Shown: positions 1 to 12,570 of the stretch, one piece after another
How the letters are laid out: each line of letters opens with the position of its first letter
How positions within the stretch are numbered: position 1 is the first letter of the stretch
Assembly: GCF_018977255.1 (NCBI RefSeq)
Contig: NW_024704744.1
Coordinates: 87,854,001 to 87,918,000 of the forward strand
Source: Callorhinchus milii
Lineage: Eukaryota
DNA: 64,000 nt
Direction of reading: 5' to 3'
Program-made: the position numbers and the translations under genes
The notes under the pieces: model-generated
Seen by the model: the letters and a program-made list of their open reading frames with translations, nothing else
Told to the model about the DNA's origin: nothing
The model's database searches: none

Positions 1-2457
1 ATTAGATGTCTCAGATGCCGCAGTATGTAGCTTTTTCCCTTCTAATTTTAATGGCTTCAATTATCATTAGGATTATATTTGAGGGAAAGTACACATGTAG
101 ATAAACACTTCAAACTGACTGTTTGGTGTAATGGTTCTCCAGCAGGCCAGCTGTGTTGTGGAAATGATGGTATCTAATACTGTAATATTCAATTGCTGAA
201 AACAAATTAAGCGCTCCTATTACTGCTCTAAGGTTACTTACCCCATTCGTCAGGAAAAGAGCTTTATTTAAATTTTATTTTCCAGTATAAAACAACTAAA
301 ATTTCAGAAGGCAAAAAAGTTGAATTTTTTAAAAAAAAAACTGCCCTTGAAATAATTGACCATTGTCTTGCAAAGATCCAAGGAGTTTGTCATATTGATT
401 TTCTATTAAAAATGAGCTTTTCAGCTGTTGCAAGTACAGTGAAATCTACTGTTATAAAGTGTTAAAACTCTTTGTCATAACAAAAAAATTCTGACTCTGG
501 AGGTAGCTGAATTATAGCTGATATATAAGTGTTGACGCTCAACAAGGTGAATCAGCATTGCCATTTTATTCAAATAAGTTATACTTCAAAACTAATTTTA
601 ATACCTAACGTTAGGCAATTTATTAGTAAAATTATTCATGTAATTTACGTTCTATGAACTTCTGATCTACAAATAATCTTGATCCAAGCAAATAACAAAC
701 TTGTGTAAATCTCTCAATCCCAATGAAATAATTATTTTGACTTTGTATCAGCCAAAATAAACAATTGTTTTAACTCAAATGGTTAACTGAAGCTAAAGTA
801 TTGAAGCTTTAAGATTAATAACATTAAATATTTTAATACCCAACATTTAGCATTTAAGACTAAATTTTTTAACAATGTAATAATCTTAAAACAATTGTAC
901 TGTTTTACAGTTATATTAAATATTACCAGTTTTACTGAATTGTTTTACTGTATTAACATTGCGAATGTTGCAATGTTACACATGTCATTTTACAAGAATA
1001 TTTTCATTTATAATTAGCCCATTTTCATCAATAAAATAATTTTTTAAAAAATGCAATATTTCTCACCTTCATTCTATTTTCTTTCAACCTTGTTCCTTAT
1101 TCTGAAGTTAATTTAGCAATTGAATTGTGCTGATTCCTTAAATACATTTGTGCTTCCATCATTTTTACTGTAGAGGGAAATAATGCACATGCAAATTTTA
1201 TTTTACTGCATTAAATATAGACCCTCATCTACAGTATTTGCAACAGTCGTAACGTAAACTCTTGTTCCTTGATGGTGCTGAAATGCATGCGCTTTGTGCC
1301 AAGGGTAAAAATCCTTCATAAAATAACTGAAAATAGATTATTATAAGCTTCACTTGTGATTTATGATGCTTTCTTTGTAAAATGAGAATCTGAGCAAGTG
1401 CTGCATGCCACACATTTCTGAGCAGGCTATAGCTACCATCCTCTGATCTATGCAGAATTAATGTCTCTGTGAGCAAACCTTTTGATGGTGCATATGTGCT
1501 AAGTGCATGGATTTGCTGCTACAGTTTGAACATTTCTTAAATTAAAATGTATTGCTCCTTCTAGATATATTGATTTACACATTGCTGTGTCAATATTAAC
1601 TCCCAACAATTTTTCCAATAACTAATAAGGATCTGCCAGTGGGGTTTGAATCCATTGGTGCGGTTTGAATTTGTACAGCAGTACTTTTCTCAGCTTCTCT
1701 CTCTTGTTCCTGGAGTCTTATTTATTTTATTTAATGATTAAAATAAAATGTTTACTTGAGTTGCTCTGTTGCAAGACTTAGACGTTATGTCCAGAAGATA
1801 CTTTACACAACAGTGTAATGGGTTGTTCCAATTAAAAACGAAGTCTGCTCTTTGCAATTTTGTTTTATTTTCAAATGTGCCATAATTAAATCTGCTTCTA
1901 TACACTGGTTTCTATACACGCACTTTCTTACCAGTTATGTTTTAAACTGACTAAAGATTTTCAATACTTGACTTTTGTTTACATTGAAGTTTTTCTTTAA
2001 AGAAAGACCCCAATGTGTTGAATTAAAATGTTATGTTATTGACGTGAACTGGACGATACTGCAACTGTAAAATTGGTTGGATGGATTCTGAGAAAAAAAA
2101 AGTTGGCATAAATCCAAAATTACATGGTGTTGATATAGAGGAAATTCATAGTGTGGATTTGCATTATTGATTTTGGATATTATTGTTCTATAATTTTAAG
2201 TAATTGAGTTTTAGGAAAATTATTTTTAATAGAATTGTAGCACTGGCTAGCTTGATCCTTCTGCAATTATCTTTGATTTTGTAGAATTGTCTGTTTTATG
2301 AAAAGTGTAGACAATTTAGTTTTGTGGAATGATCTTCAAATCAATTTTTATTTGCCAGAGTAAAGTAGTTTGAAGAACGATTATAGCTTAATCGGTATTC
2401 TTGCTTTTACATGTATGGAAACTTTTCCTGTTTTTTAAAAAAAAACAGAAGGAGCTC

Positions 2458-2475
2458 TGCCACTAGATGTCACTG
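2458..2475 (+). promoter_or_regulatory. CTCF-like motif
   Basis: TGCCACTAGATGTCACTG fits the CTCF core CCACYAGRKGKCRS; an E-box CACGTG (2489-2494) and an ETS site ACCGGAAGTG (2671-2680) lie nearby. Confidence 0.5.
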
Positions 2476-3084
2476 GTTCACTGGAGTCCACGTGTTAAAA
2501 ATGGTTTAATAAGTTTGTTTGTTTCTGACTTATCCCTGGCAAGTCTAATTATAAACTCCTAGCTGTTGCATCATCTTACCCATTACAATTAATAGTGCAC
2601 TGCATACTCCTGTAGTACAGGTCATCAGAGTGGCATCAACGTTGCTTCTTGTTCGCTGAACATGCAGAACACCGGAAGTGACATCTGTGGCAATCTGATG
2701 ACCCAGAAGTTGGCCATTTTTAGCACAGAGCCAGCTAGTGTGGAGAAAGTGAGCCAGCTGGCTGCAAACATGTTCAGTGAATGGTTCCCACACCCCATTT
2801 GTGGTGTTTACGGCTTAGCACTCTGATGAAACTCATAAAACAGCATTGCACTGTAGTTTTATTTGTTAGCTGTCTGGAGATATTTAAAGGTAACTGAATC
2901 AACTTTCTTTTTCCTTACAAATTTTTGGCTGACAATGCTGTTAGTCGCTCCTGGTCCACTCCCGATGATTTCTGTTAACCTCTTCCCTAGAAGTACAGCA
3001 TTGATCACCCTCTCATATCTCATTGCAAATAGCCATTATTCAAATGTTTGCCTCGACAATGAAAATTAGTTAATTATTTGACTG

Positions 3085-3149
3085 CGGCTCTGATCATCCT
3101 CCCGACGTGAAAGATGCTGTACAAGTGTAATTTGTTGTTGTTGTTGTTG
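3085..3149 (+). mobile_element. L2 LINE extreme 3' tail fragment
   Basis: TCCTCCCGACGTGAAAGATGCTGTACAAGTGTAATT(TGT)n matches the 3' end of the L2 at 19195-19252. Confidence 0.75.
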
Positions 3150-3385
3150 ATTGTCAGCTGAGCCTGAGAGTCGATACTCTTCCGATGCTCTCTACTAGCA
3201 TGGGGTTGCTGGATAATCAAAAGGTGAATTATGACTAAATTCTTTCTAAACATGGCTAAACATAACCTAGGGTGTTGAGGCCGTTTGCTTTAGTCCTACT
3301 GATGCCTTGGCTGAGGTCAAATCAGTTAACTGAACACACAGAGCAGGATCAAACCTGACATCTTCCCTATCTGTATATCTTCCCT
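3150..3385 (-). mobile_element. Ancient tRNA-SINE relic (family D, AmnSINE2-like)
   Basis: CTGAGGTCA...GTTAACTGAACACACAGAGCAGGATCAAACCTG aligns with 53540-53600; family name from remembered consensus. Confidence 0.5.
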
Positions 3386-4896
3386 ATCATAAACCAACTG
3401 GTCAATTGTAAGCGGGGAGGGAGGAGTTATACTAACTTCCATCCAATCCCAATATAATGCTTCTCGTTATAGCCTAAGTCTGTTTTATAATGGTTTTGAA
3501 CTCACACTCTACTTGGAATACTCTACAATTCCATGCTGATTGTCCAGCTTCCAAACGCATGGGTTCAGCTCAGGAAACCAGCCAGTCAACTGCAATTACT
3601 CTAGGTGTTCTAATGCAGCCCAGCATCTTGGATAGTTACGTCAACTCACAGATATTTAAGATTAGATTTGAAGCAATTAATAATCAATTCATATAGTGAT
3701 TTAATATGTGTTGTGATTTTAATTTGAGAACAGAGAATTTTATCTTCCAAAAAGGACCTTTTATAAATTTTGACCTGTAGAAATAATTTCTTTAGGTTAT
3801 TAGAATTCCACAGCACATTAAAAAAAACATTAAAAGCACATATTTTACAGTGGTAACCTTCATAGGTTCAATTCTTAGCAAAGGCTGATACTGTTCAACC
3901 TAGGGATGAGGAAAGATTTGTATTTGATATTGTCATTAAAGAGACAATTATCTGAAGGCAGTTTTGTTCATGCAAAAATGAGGCCAATTTCCCACAACTT
4001 ATTCTCTAACCTGGAGTGGCAGTTTTTTCTCTTCAATATTGGGTTCGTGGCTGAGCATTCCAATTGATTTGTATTCAGACCACCCAAAATTTGGATGTTT
4101 TGAAAGTTAATTGCAAGTTAACATGACTGGCATTCATGTGAGAATACCCACCACTGGGAAGTATGATATGTATCTGCTACTGGAGCATGAGACATCGACA
4201 AAATCTGATACATAACGAAGAATATCATGGAAATAAGAGCAATGAAACACATGCTCAAGAAAAAGCTCTAACCTGTTTCTCCTCTCTCTTATCAGTTGCC
4301 AACACCAGGCTTAAAGCTAATGCTGCAGTTATCCTGCTTGAAGCAATGTGATGTCACTTCCAGCAGTAGGTTGAACTGGAGGCCTGATTTATATTTCTCA
4401 CTCCATTATGTCACAAGTGTTGAGACTAAAATTTGATTTCAGAAGTTATGCATATGGAGAAGATCGGTTTTGCACTCCACTCCATATGCATAGAATGCAG
4501 AACTTGAGTGTTTGCAATTTTAATATTACCAGTTACGGTTGATTGTATGACGGGCCCTCTGATAACAAAAAATTGCCCTTTGAAAGTTGTTATTCAATGG
4601 ATCGTCTGAGAATTTCCAAGGTACCTTGGGGAGTGCAGACCCCAATCTGACTCGCTTCTGCTGGGGTTAGGAACCAAACAGCATTGCAATTTGCACTGGC
4701 TCAATTGTATGGTATAAATACAGCATCACCTGCTGCGCCAATAAACAGCAGAGCAAAAATAGCAAATGCACTGCTAGCAGTTTAACAATAAAGAATTGTC
4801 ATTTAATGTCATTTAAGCAAATAGGAATGTTCGTTTTTTTAGGTTGATTCTCTCCCGCACCCCCCCACCCACCCTCCCTAAACTATATAGCCAATA

Positions 4897-4960
4897 TCAA
4901 TAATTTATACTTATGTAGCTCTTTCAATGTTGGGAAGATGCCTCAAAGAGCTGCACACAG
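4897..4960 (-). mobile_element. L2 3' tail fragment
   Basis: Reverse complement of the L2 tail (TTTCAATGTTGGGAAGATGCCTCAAAG). Confidence 0.55.
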
Positions 4961-5958
4961 TTGACTGGACACCCAAACTGGGGCAATCCTGAATTTTACT
5001 TTGATTGATAGAAGAAAAACATTACAGTCCTTTTACATTGAAATCAGAAGATGATCTGACAAAAATTTCTGTGTGATAGTTTTGAGAGGTTACTGATTGT
5101 GTGGTTTTGCCCACACAAAGTTGCTTCAACTAGAACTAAATAAAGAATATGGTGTGTTTTCTATTTCAATATTCTAGCATGTCTGATGTTTGAAAATATG
5201 ATTTGATCCGAGATTTATAAATACCAGACGGACACTATCACAGTTAGCTATTTTCCAACATTCTGTTAAAAAATGTTTTAGCTTTCTATTACCTCTTTCA
5301 GCTTATCATGCTTGTTTATTCTAATCGGTTTTTGATATCTTTTCATGGTCTATTCTCAGCTGTGCCTCAAGATCAGACATTGTATCAAATGCCACTTCAT
5401 CAATCTGTCTCCATGGAATTGCACTTCCTGACACTCAAGTCTGAAATGAGAATTAACACAGGAAGCTATAGCGTTCAGTGTAAGTAGCCAGATGGGTGAA
5501 AGCAGTCTTGTCATAAAAGAATTCCTGTTTTCCTCTCAGGGAAGCAATAACCAAATCATAGAACAAACTGGGGTCAGCCATTTACATTTAGTCACCACAA
5601 AAAGCACTTAAAAATGAACCATGAACCATTAGAGTAAACATTTTGGGTTTATTCGTGCCAGAGAAAATTGTCACAGCATCACAGTCCATTTGAATATGCT
5701 GCTCCTGTCCAAGATCTTAACTTCCTGTCATTTTTTAGTTTGAAATTTAGATTCCCTTCCTATTTGTAGGTCTTGCTTATCAACTCAATCCCTTTATATT
5801 TTCTGTTGTCTAGTGTCTCTTTATATAGCAAAGAGAAATGGAGAGACAAATGAGACAACAAAGAAAGACATGAACACAATGAGGAAAAAGATGGGGAAAG
5901 AATTGCTGAGAAAATTAATGCCCATTAATACAAAAGTCTGCAGATGCATCTTTGCATG

Positions 5959-6205
5959 ATAATAATAATAATAATCCTTGCATTTGATATAGCGTTTTTC
6001 ACGTTGGGAGGACGTCCCAAAGCGCTTCACAGAACACACTGTAAAGTGAATTGACTCTATATTTGTGGGCGAACGCAGCAGCCAATTGCGCACAGCAATA
6101 TCCCACAAACAGTCGTAGATTGAAAATGACCAATTTATTATTGTTTTTGGTTTTGGAGGGATTATTATTAGGCTCTGTGTGGAGTAAGGAAACTTGCCCA
6201 AGGTT
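5959..6205 (-). mobile_element. SINE family A, 5'-truncated
   Basis: High identity to 51135-51370; (AAT)n tail; tRNA head missing. Confidence 0.9.
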
Positions 6206-7706
6206 ATGATTATGATTGGCAGATAGTGGGATTAATGCTTAGCTTTCTAGGAAGCAGTTTCTAGTAAATCTGGGATCGTTACTGGTCTGGAACTAACTGG
6301 ATCTACAGTAGAGATGCACATGATATTAAAAAAGGAAGTTAGGCAATCCTGAAGGAGAATGGCATTGTGGTTCAGTGTGTTTGTGCTCCAGCATACTCTG
6401 CCTTGTAGCACTAGTTTATAGATAAGCTTGACCATTTCGGATTTTGATCAGCAAAAATTGGAATTCATCGTGTTTTCAATTTGATTCAAATTAAGAAATT
6501 AATTCCCATTATTAAACATTGTGTTTGTTATATTTTGTTTTGTTTGAAATTACCAAATGACCAACTTTTGGGTTGAAAGGTTGTCACAGATGTCACTTCT
6601 TGCATGATGCTCGTCTACACCATGCACAGGCAGTGTCCCAATCATCGTTAGTGAAAAAGATTGCAAAAAAAAGAACAAATGTTAATATTATCCATCAAAA
6701 CATTTTTTTAAAAAAGTCAACAATATTCATAGAGGGCTCCCATCTGGCTTTCTGGGATGCTGAAACTTTAGTAATGAGTAAACTATTAACTTAACTGAGA
6801 TGCTGTGTTGGAAACTGAATATTTTTATTGTTCCCTGAACAATTTACTGTTTGACAAAATAATCTATTCAGTAGTAAGTAAAATTAGGGATTTGTTGTGA
6901 CCCATTGGTTATGAACCGCCATCAAGTTGGTGTATAATTTCATTCAAAGGAGACTTTTTCTGTACAGACTAATTTCTATTTTATGAAAAACTGTATAAAG
7001 GTACGCGAAACACTTTCATTATAGGCATGGGCACCAATTCCTTCAAAATAAATTTCAGGTGCAATATCCAAGAAAAACTTTTCATTGTACTTAGATGTTA
7101 CGGGTAAGGAATTTAAGTAACTTCTTATATGCCTATTTATCATTCACATGAACTGAAATTTATTCACGGGCTGAAACTATCTTGAAAAATACAGCATTTG
7201 GATTACTGTATTTCTTCATTGAAACATTTAAACCCCTGTTATATTGTCATAATAATCTAAAAAATCCCAATAAAACAATATTTTTCAAGAATTGATTTGC
7301 TGTCACGTGCCATTTATATCTGAACGTGTCATTTATAATCTTTTACTGAAAAAAAATACTTTTCAAGGTTTGAACCATGAACTTTGCTTTGTGACAAAAT
7401 AAGTTGATGCATACTCTGACTACTATTATGTAAAACCACGTTCAATAGAGACAAACCATGAGGTTAACATTTGTATTGCGATGCATGCAAACTCATATAT
7501 GTACTACATGATAGTTCAGGTATGAATTGTGTAAAAGATGTTAAAGGTGTAACATCGTCTGGGGATGTGATATTGTAAAAAAAAATTGCATGTGATACTG
7601 AAACAGTCTAGGGATGTGATGACCTTCTAAAAGCATCCAAGCTTCACTCTTATGACATCAGAAATCTTGGATTGTATTACTAACTTGAACCACTCCCACT
7701 CTTTTT

Positions 7707-7770
7707 TGAGCGCTCTGAGATGTCGTCCGGTGTGGAGGGCACTATATAAATCGAAGTTGTTGTTGTTGTT
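7707..7770 (+). mobile_element. L2-type 3' tail (second variant)
   Basis: AGCGCTCTGAGATGTCGTCCGGTGTGGAGGGCACTATATAAATCGAAG(TTG)n; similar copies at 12728-12782 and 42398-42454. Confidence 0.65.
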
Positions 7771-9415
7771 CTGTGTTTTGCATAGTAAAATGTATCTTTC
7801 AAGGATATATATAACCAAAAGTGGAATTTGTCTTTTTAAAAAAAGTCTCTTATTGAAAGCCATTTTTTTTGCCAGTTTCTGATTCAATTCACTGTTCAAA
7901 TCCCATCCCCCTCACATTGTCAATACACATCTAATTCCACTTTAACAACAGTAATTGGCTGATAGAGTAGAAGGTATAGATTTGTTTTCCTGATGACTCC
8001 TTGACTTTTTCTTCTGGTAATACTAATAGAATTCCAAATCCTTGCTGGTGTGATCATGTCATGAGTAGGTCAACAGTCGTGTCAAGGTCCTATTGGAAAC
8101 TTCATAGCTAACATCTTAATTTAGACTTAGCTATCTTTTTCATGTATGAGCAATTGTAAGCAATTCTTTTGAGTCTTGCACTCATTCTATTATATCAGAA
8201 CTCATTTAATTCAGTTGGAGCCAATTCTGCATGTGAATAATTTTGCTTGCTAGCATTCAGTGGATGCAGTCTGCAGAGAGGATTTCATGCACTGGATTTT
8301 TTTTNACTGATTTAAGATCCACAGGGAACAAAAACAAATCTTATAACACTTATTCCCATTTATGGAGCTAATTGGAACTTTAAATTGTTTTGATTGATGG
8401 ACCTGAACAGATCGAGTTGCGATAGTTAGGTGTAGAATGATAATTAGAACACATTAGTGTTCTGGATTTTTGGAAACCCAACTCGGTTAGAAAAGCTTAA
8501 TATTTTACATATTGAGTTGTCAAACTATCATAGCAAACGCTGGGGCATGAGTATTTTTTTAAAATATATTGCTAAGAACCCCATCAATTTAACTCCAGTT
8601 TTGAGACTACAATAATTAATATATTGTGAGTCGGGAAGTCCCGCTGGGATAATAGTTGCTTTCAAGAGGAAAAAAAAGTAAGAATCAGTTTTAAAAGGCA
8701 ACCTGCAATCTAGAGATTAATTTAACAATGGGAGACTGCTCATTCTCACCTTGAATATATTGCAGTTCAGTTGTGCAACCATAAAGTACCCCCTTTGTGC
8801 CTGGTTACACAGCCAAATCTCTGCCACGTTGTTAGTTAAATTTAAGTGAATTCATTATAATACCCTGTTTATACTAAGCTACAAAAATGCCACTTTGATA
8901 TTTAATTGCAGCAGATGGTCAAATTTAAACAATGGGTAGTTAGTTTAATGTTTGGAATAAAGAAAAAAACTCATCCACTAGACTTGACTGGGTTATTGAG
9001 CAGGATATTCGCATCAGCCTATTCATGCAAGATACAAGCTCTTTACTGCAGCCTGTGATTTGGAAGAGAATGTCATGAGGACTGGATTTGGGTAGTAGCC
9101 TGTTAGTGTAAACTCAAGGGGAACACATCCAGAATCAGATTGTATAATCCAAGTACAGTAAAGCATTTCAATTCTGAGTGAATATAATTCAGAGCGACAA
9201 TTGAAGCACATTAGCTCAAAAAATGCTTTTGTTAAGGCAGTTCATTATTAATCTTAGTGAAGCAAAATCCAGGCAATGGATGAGTGATAATTGTTTTGGG
9301 GGGCAGCCTAGTATATGACGCGTGCGGAATCCCATCATTTCCTGGGAGTTCCTTGTACTTACCATCCACCTAGTGAGGCTCAAACCCACACTTTTAGTGG
9401 GTGTCGAACGATCGA

Positions 9416-9700
9416 CTAAAGCATGGAGATGGGTTTCGGCATGTGTCAGACGCCTGGTTAACCAAAAAAAAATGCTTAAGAGTATCCAAACCAAAGTGTG
9501 AATTTCATGCATTTTGCCTGCACATGGAAATTCCAGGGATAGATTGTTGGAATGGAATGCGCACTCTCTCCTTAGAGAGACTCACCCTGCTTACCTAATT
9601 TCGGAAAAGTATTTGCCGCAAGTTGACTTGGGAAACCCAGTATGTGCGTTGGAATACTGTTGGAGTCTTAACTAGGTAAAACGGCATAGCGTACCATTGA
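9416..9700 (+). repeat. Unclassified dispersed repeat family C, copy 1 (orientation arbitrary)
   Basis: Shares TGCTTAAGAGTATCCAA, TTGGAATGGAATG and CCTGCTTACCTAATTT with the copies at 26840, 56531, 60821 and (inverted) 46250. Confidence 0.8.
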
Positions 9701-9701
9701 T

Positions 9702-10014
9702 ATAATAATAATAATCCTTGCATTTGATATAGCGCTTTTCACCTCTTCTAGATATCTCAAAGCGCTTCACAGAATACACTGTACTGAATTGACCGTATAT
9801 TTGTGGGTGAAATACGGTAGCCAATTGCGCAGAGCAGTGTCCCACAAACAGTCGTGGATTGAAAATGACCAATTTATTATTGTTTTTGTTTTGGAGGGGT
9901 TATTATTAGGCGTGTGGAGTAAGGAAACTTGCCCAAGGTTTCGCCCTGCCTGGAATTGAACCCAGGTATCTCGCTTGGAAGGCAAGTGCTCTAACCACTG
10001 AGCTACAGGACTCC
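9702..10014 (-). mobile_element. SINE family A, full length
   Basis: On the minus strand: A box TAGCTCAGTGG, B box GGTTCAATTCC, CCTTGGGCAAGT segment, Deu-like 3' part, L2-like tail and (TTA)n; collinear with 51061-51370. Confidence 0.95.
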
Positions 10015-10072
10015 ACTCCATATGACTGATAATACTAGTTGAACACCCAAACCTGCTTTTAAAATGGCGAAA

Positions 10073-10122
10073 TTAAAAAGTGCAAGTAAATTCAACCTAG
10101 TTAAAAAGTGCAAGTAAATTCA
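10073..10122. repeat. 22-bp direct duplication
   Basis: TTAAAAAGTGCAAGTAAATTCA at 10073-10094 and 10101-10122, followed by a TG-rich duplicated unit. Confidence 0.85.
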
Positions 10123-11565
10123 CACTGTATATGTGTGACGGTCACTGTGTGTGTGTGTGATGGTCACTGTGTGTATGTGGCTTTTATATGACCTCTTGTT
10201 GCTTGCGATTTCAGACATTTGGCGACTAGATTTTTGTAGATTAAGGATAGCAAGTTGGAAATTAATGGAGTATGCTTCAACCTCTGTCAATTTCTGAATT
10301 ATTGGTGATATCCTGGATTGAATAGATTGTTTAATTGCTAACACTGATCTTTGAAGATTTTGTGCTGCTCACCAAATTTAAGGGGAGAGTTGTGTTACAA
10401 AGTGAAGGAATTTAGGAATGTACAGTATTGGATTATTAGATCATTGGGTTCCACCTGGCATATCCCAAAATGCTTTTTTAAAAAAAAAACCTACTCAATT
10501 GTCTCTCATATCCACTTTTGATTTCTTCAGCAAATAGCTATCTGATTCTGCCAAATTTAGTGCATAGGTTTCATAAATTCCACCACTCCCTCACAGAGGA
10601 ATGTTGGGAGGATAATGGCTTTAGGGTCATAACCTACATGGTATTATGCCTCTACCAGCTCAGATTTATGTAATATCCTTTCAATAACTTGTCAGTATTT
10701 CAACTCAAAACATAATTGTATGTCTCTGCAAACTATTGTGTGAATAGAATGTGTCATGATTGAATTGTCATTATGTGCCTTGAAAATAACAATGCAAAAA
10801 GAGAAATACAATCAAGTTAAAAGATCTCATGTTACAGTTTTCAGGATGGTAAGGAGAGTAGCTTTATTTTGGCCAAAATGGCATTATGCTGCTCATTTTG
10901 TTCAAACATTGCTTGAAGTCTGCAGAGTAAACCTGAGGCCTTTGTATTCCTGGTTGAAATGATTCTTATTATTCTAATAAAAGACCAAAAATTCCAACAG
11001 TGAGATAGTAAAATATTGAGTTATGGACATGTATGCTGTGATATCAAGATATCTGAAAATGTAACACATCTCTGTACCTAATATAAATTGTGAGAATACT
11101 GTATATTATATGGTTTCCAAAGGTATCCAGGCAGCAGTGATGTTGTTTCAGCCAAAGTAACTATCATAGGTTAGCATATGATCAACTTGTTTGATTTGGA
11201 CTTTGAGCACAATAAAGACAAGCTGCTTTAATACAATGAAAGTCTGATGGCTTGATTATTTAATCCTTTGAAGCCTATAACTTTGCACAGAACAAGGTCC
11301 CAGAGCTCCTTATTGGCAGTCAATAGTTGTGCCTATCCCTTCAACACACTGACAAGCAGACTGACTCAAATGTCCATGGGCTGACACAAACATGGATGGC
11401 ATACAATTGGACACTGATCGATCAGAAATACTCATAGGCACTTTGATTTAAGTAGTTGTTTTCCCAGCCCCTTTAGATCTTTGGTATTATCAGAAAGGAA
11501 GAGATGATTTTTTTTCACAATTCTACAGCAGCCTGAAGGTCATTATTGCATCTTTGCAATAATTA

Positions 11566-11677
11566 TTTCCTCCCCACAAAATATGCAGTCAATTCACTTA
11601 ACTGTATATTTTGTGAAGCGCTTTGAGAAGTCTCAAAGATGTGATAAGGCTCTATATCAAATGCAAGGATTATTATT
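11566..11677 (+). mobile_element. SINE A/B 3' fragment
   Basis: CAGTCAATTCAC...GTGAAGCGCTTTGAG...CAAATGCAAGGATTATTATT. Confidence 0.85.
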
Positions 11678-11789
11678 GTACATGCTGATTTCAAATTATT
11701 GCTTTGAAAATTTAGAATCTGGCAACCACTGAATAGTATATATAAATAGGTTTTAAGAACAAGAACATCCAATTGTTTTCTAGCCGTAT

Positions 11790-12217
11790 AACAATAACAA
11801 CAAGTAATTATATTTGTATAGCACCTTTCATGTTGGGAAGATGTCTCAAGGTGCTGGACAGTCAGCGATTTGGATCCAAGTAAGTGGGTTGGGATCAGAA
11901 GGTGTGGAGGTAGTGATAGGTCCACCGCTGATGGTGAGGCAGGCCAGGAGGGGACGTGGAGCAGGCTGGAGCATGCCAAACAGAGGGAGCGGACAGGTTG
12001 ATATGGCGTTAGCAAGTCACAGAGCTAGGAAGAAGCATTGCTGTGCGCAATTGGCTGCCGCCTTCGCCCACAAATATACAGTCAATTCACTTTACAGTAT
12101 ATTCTGTGAAGCGCTTTGGGACGTCTAGAAGACGTGAAAAGCGCTATATCAAATGCAAGGATTATTATTGTTATTATAAGTAAGTCCGTGGAGAGCCTTG
12201 AAGGCAAGGATGAGGAT
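11790..12217 (-). mobile_element. L2 3' fragment interrupted by a SINE
   Basis: L2 tail at 11790-11870; sequence homologous to the reverse complement of ~18797-18950 continues on both sides of the SINE. Confidence 0.75.
12038..12177 (+). mobile_element. SINE A 3' part nested in L2
   Basis: Near-identical to 51235-51370; flanked by AAGCA/AAGTA, a possible target-site duplication. Confidence 0.9.
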
Positions 12218-12354
12218 AGTATCCCAACAGCTATAAAAAGAATTTGGGGGTTTTAAAATAAAGTTATAAGCCGCAATCTCAGCCTTATTTAATGCTTAGA
12301 TTTGATTGTTGTCATTTGGGCAGTTTGACAAGTTCTTAGCTCCATTATCAGATG

Positions 12355-12570
12355 TAGTTTGGGATGAAGAAACCCCTTCGGCTCATTTGATCCCATCCTT
12401 TCATAATACCAGTCCTACTATCTTAACTATCAAACTATTTCTAATATTAGTTCAGTATTTTGGTCTCAGCCATCCTTCCCGGTGACCTATTCTCGTTGTG
12501 GTATTACTCTCTGTGTAAAGGAACTGGTGTACGTTTGAAAATATTTCTTACTGCCTGTGCCCCATCACAA
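12355..12570 (-). mobile_element. Decayed CR1 LINE 3' end
   Basis: Resembles the antisense CR1 3' region (CCTTCGGCTCAT...CTATTC...TACTCTCTGTGTAAAG). Confidence 0.45.

Noticed and set aside
5821-6201. Recurrent ORFs containing 'RYIKCKDYYYY'
   Set aside because: Translations of the SINE tail, not a protein family
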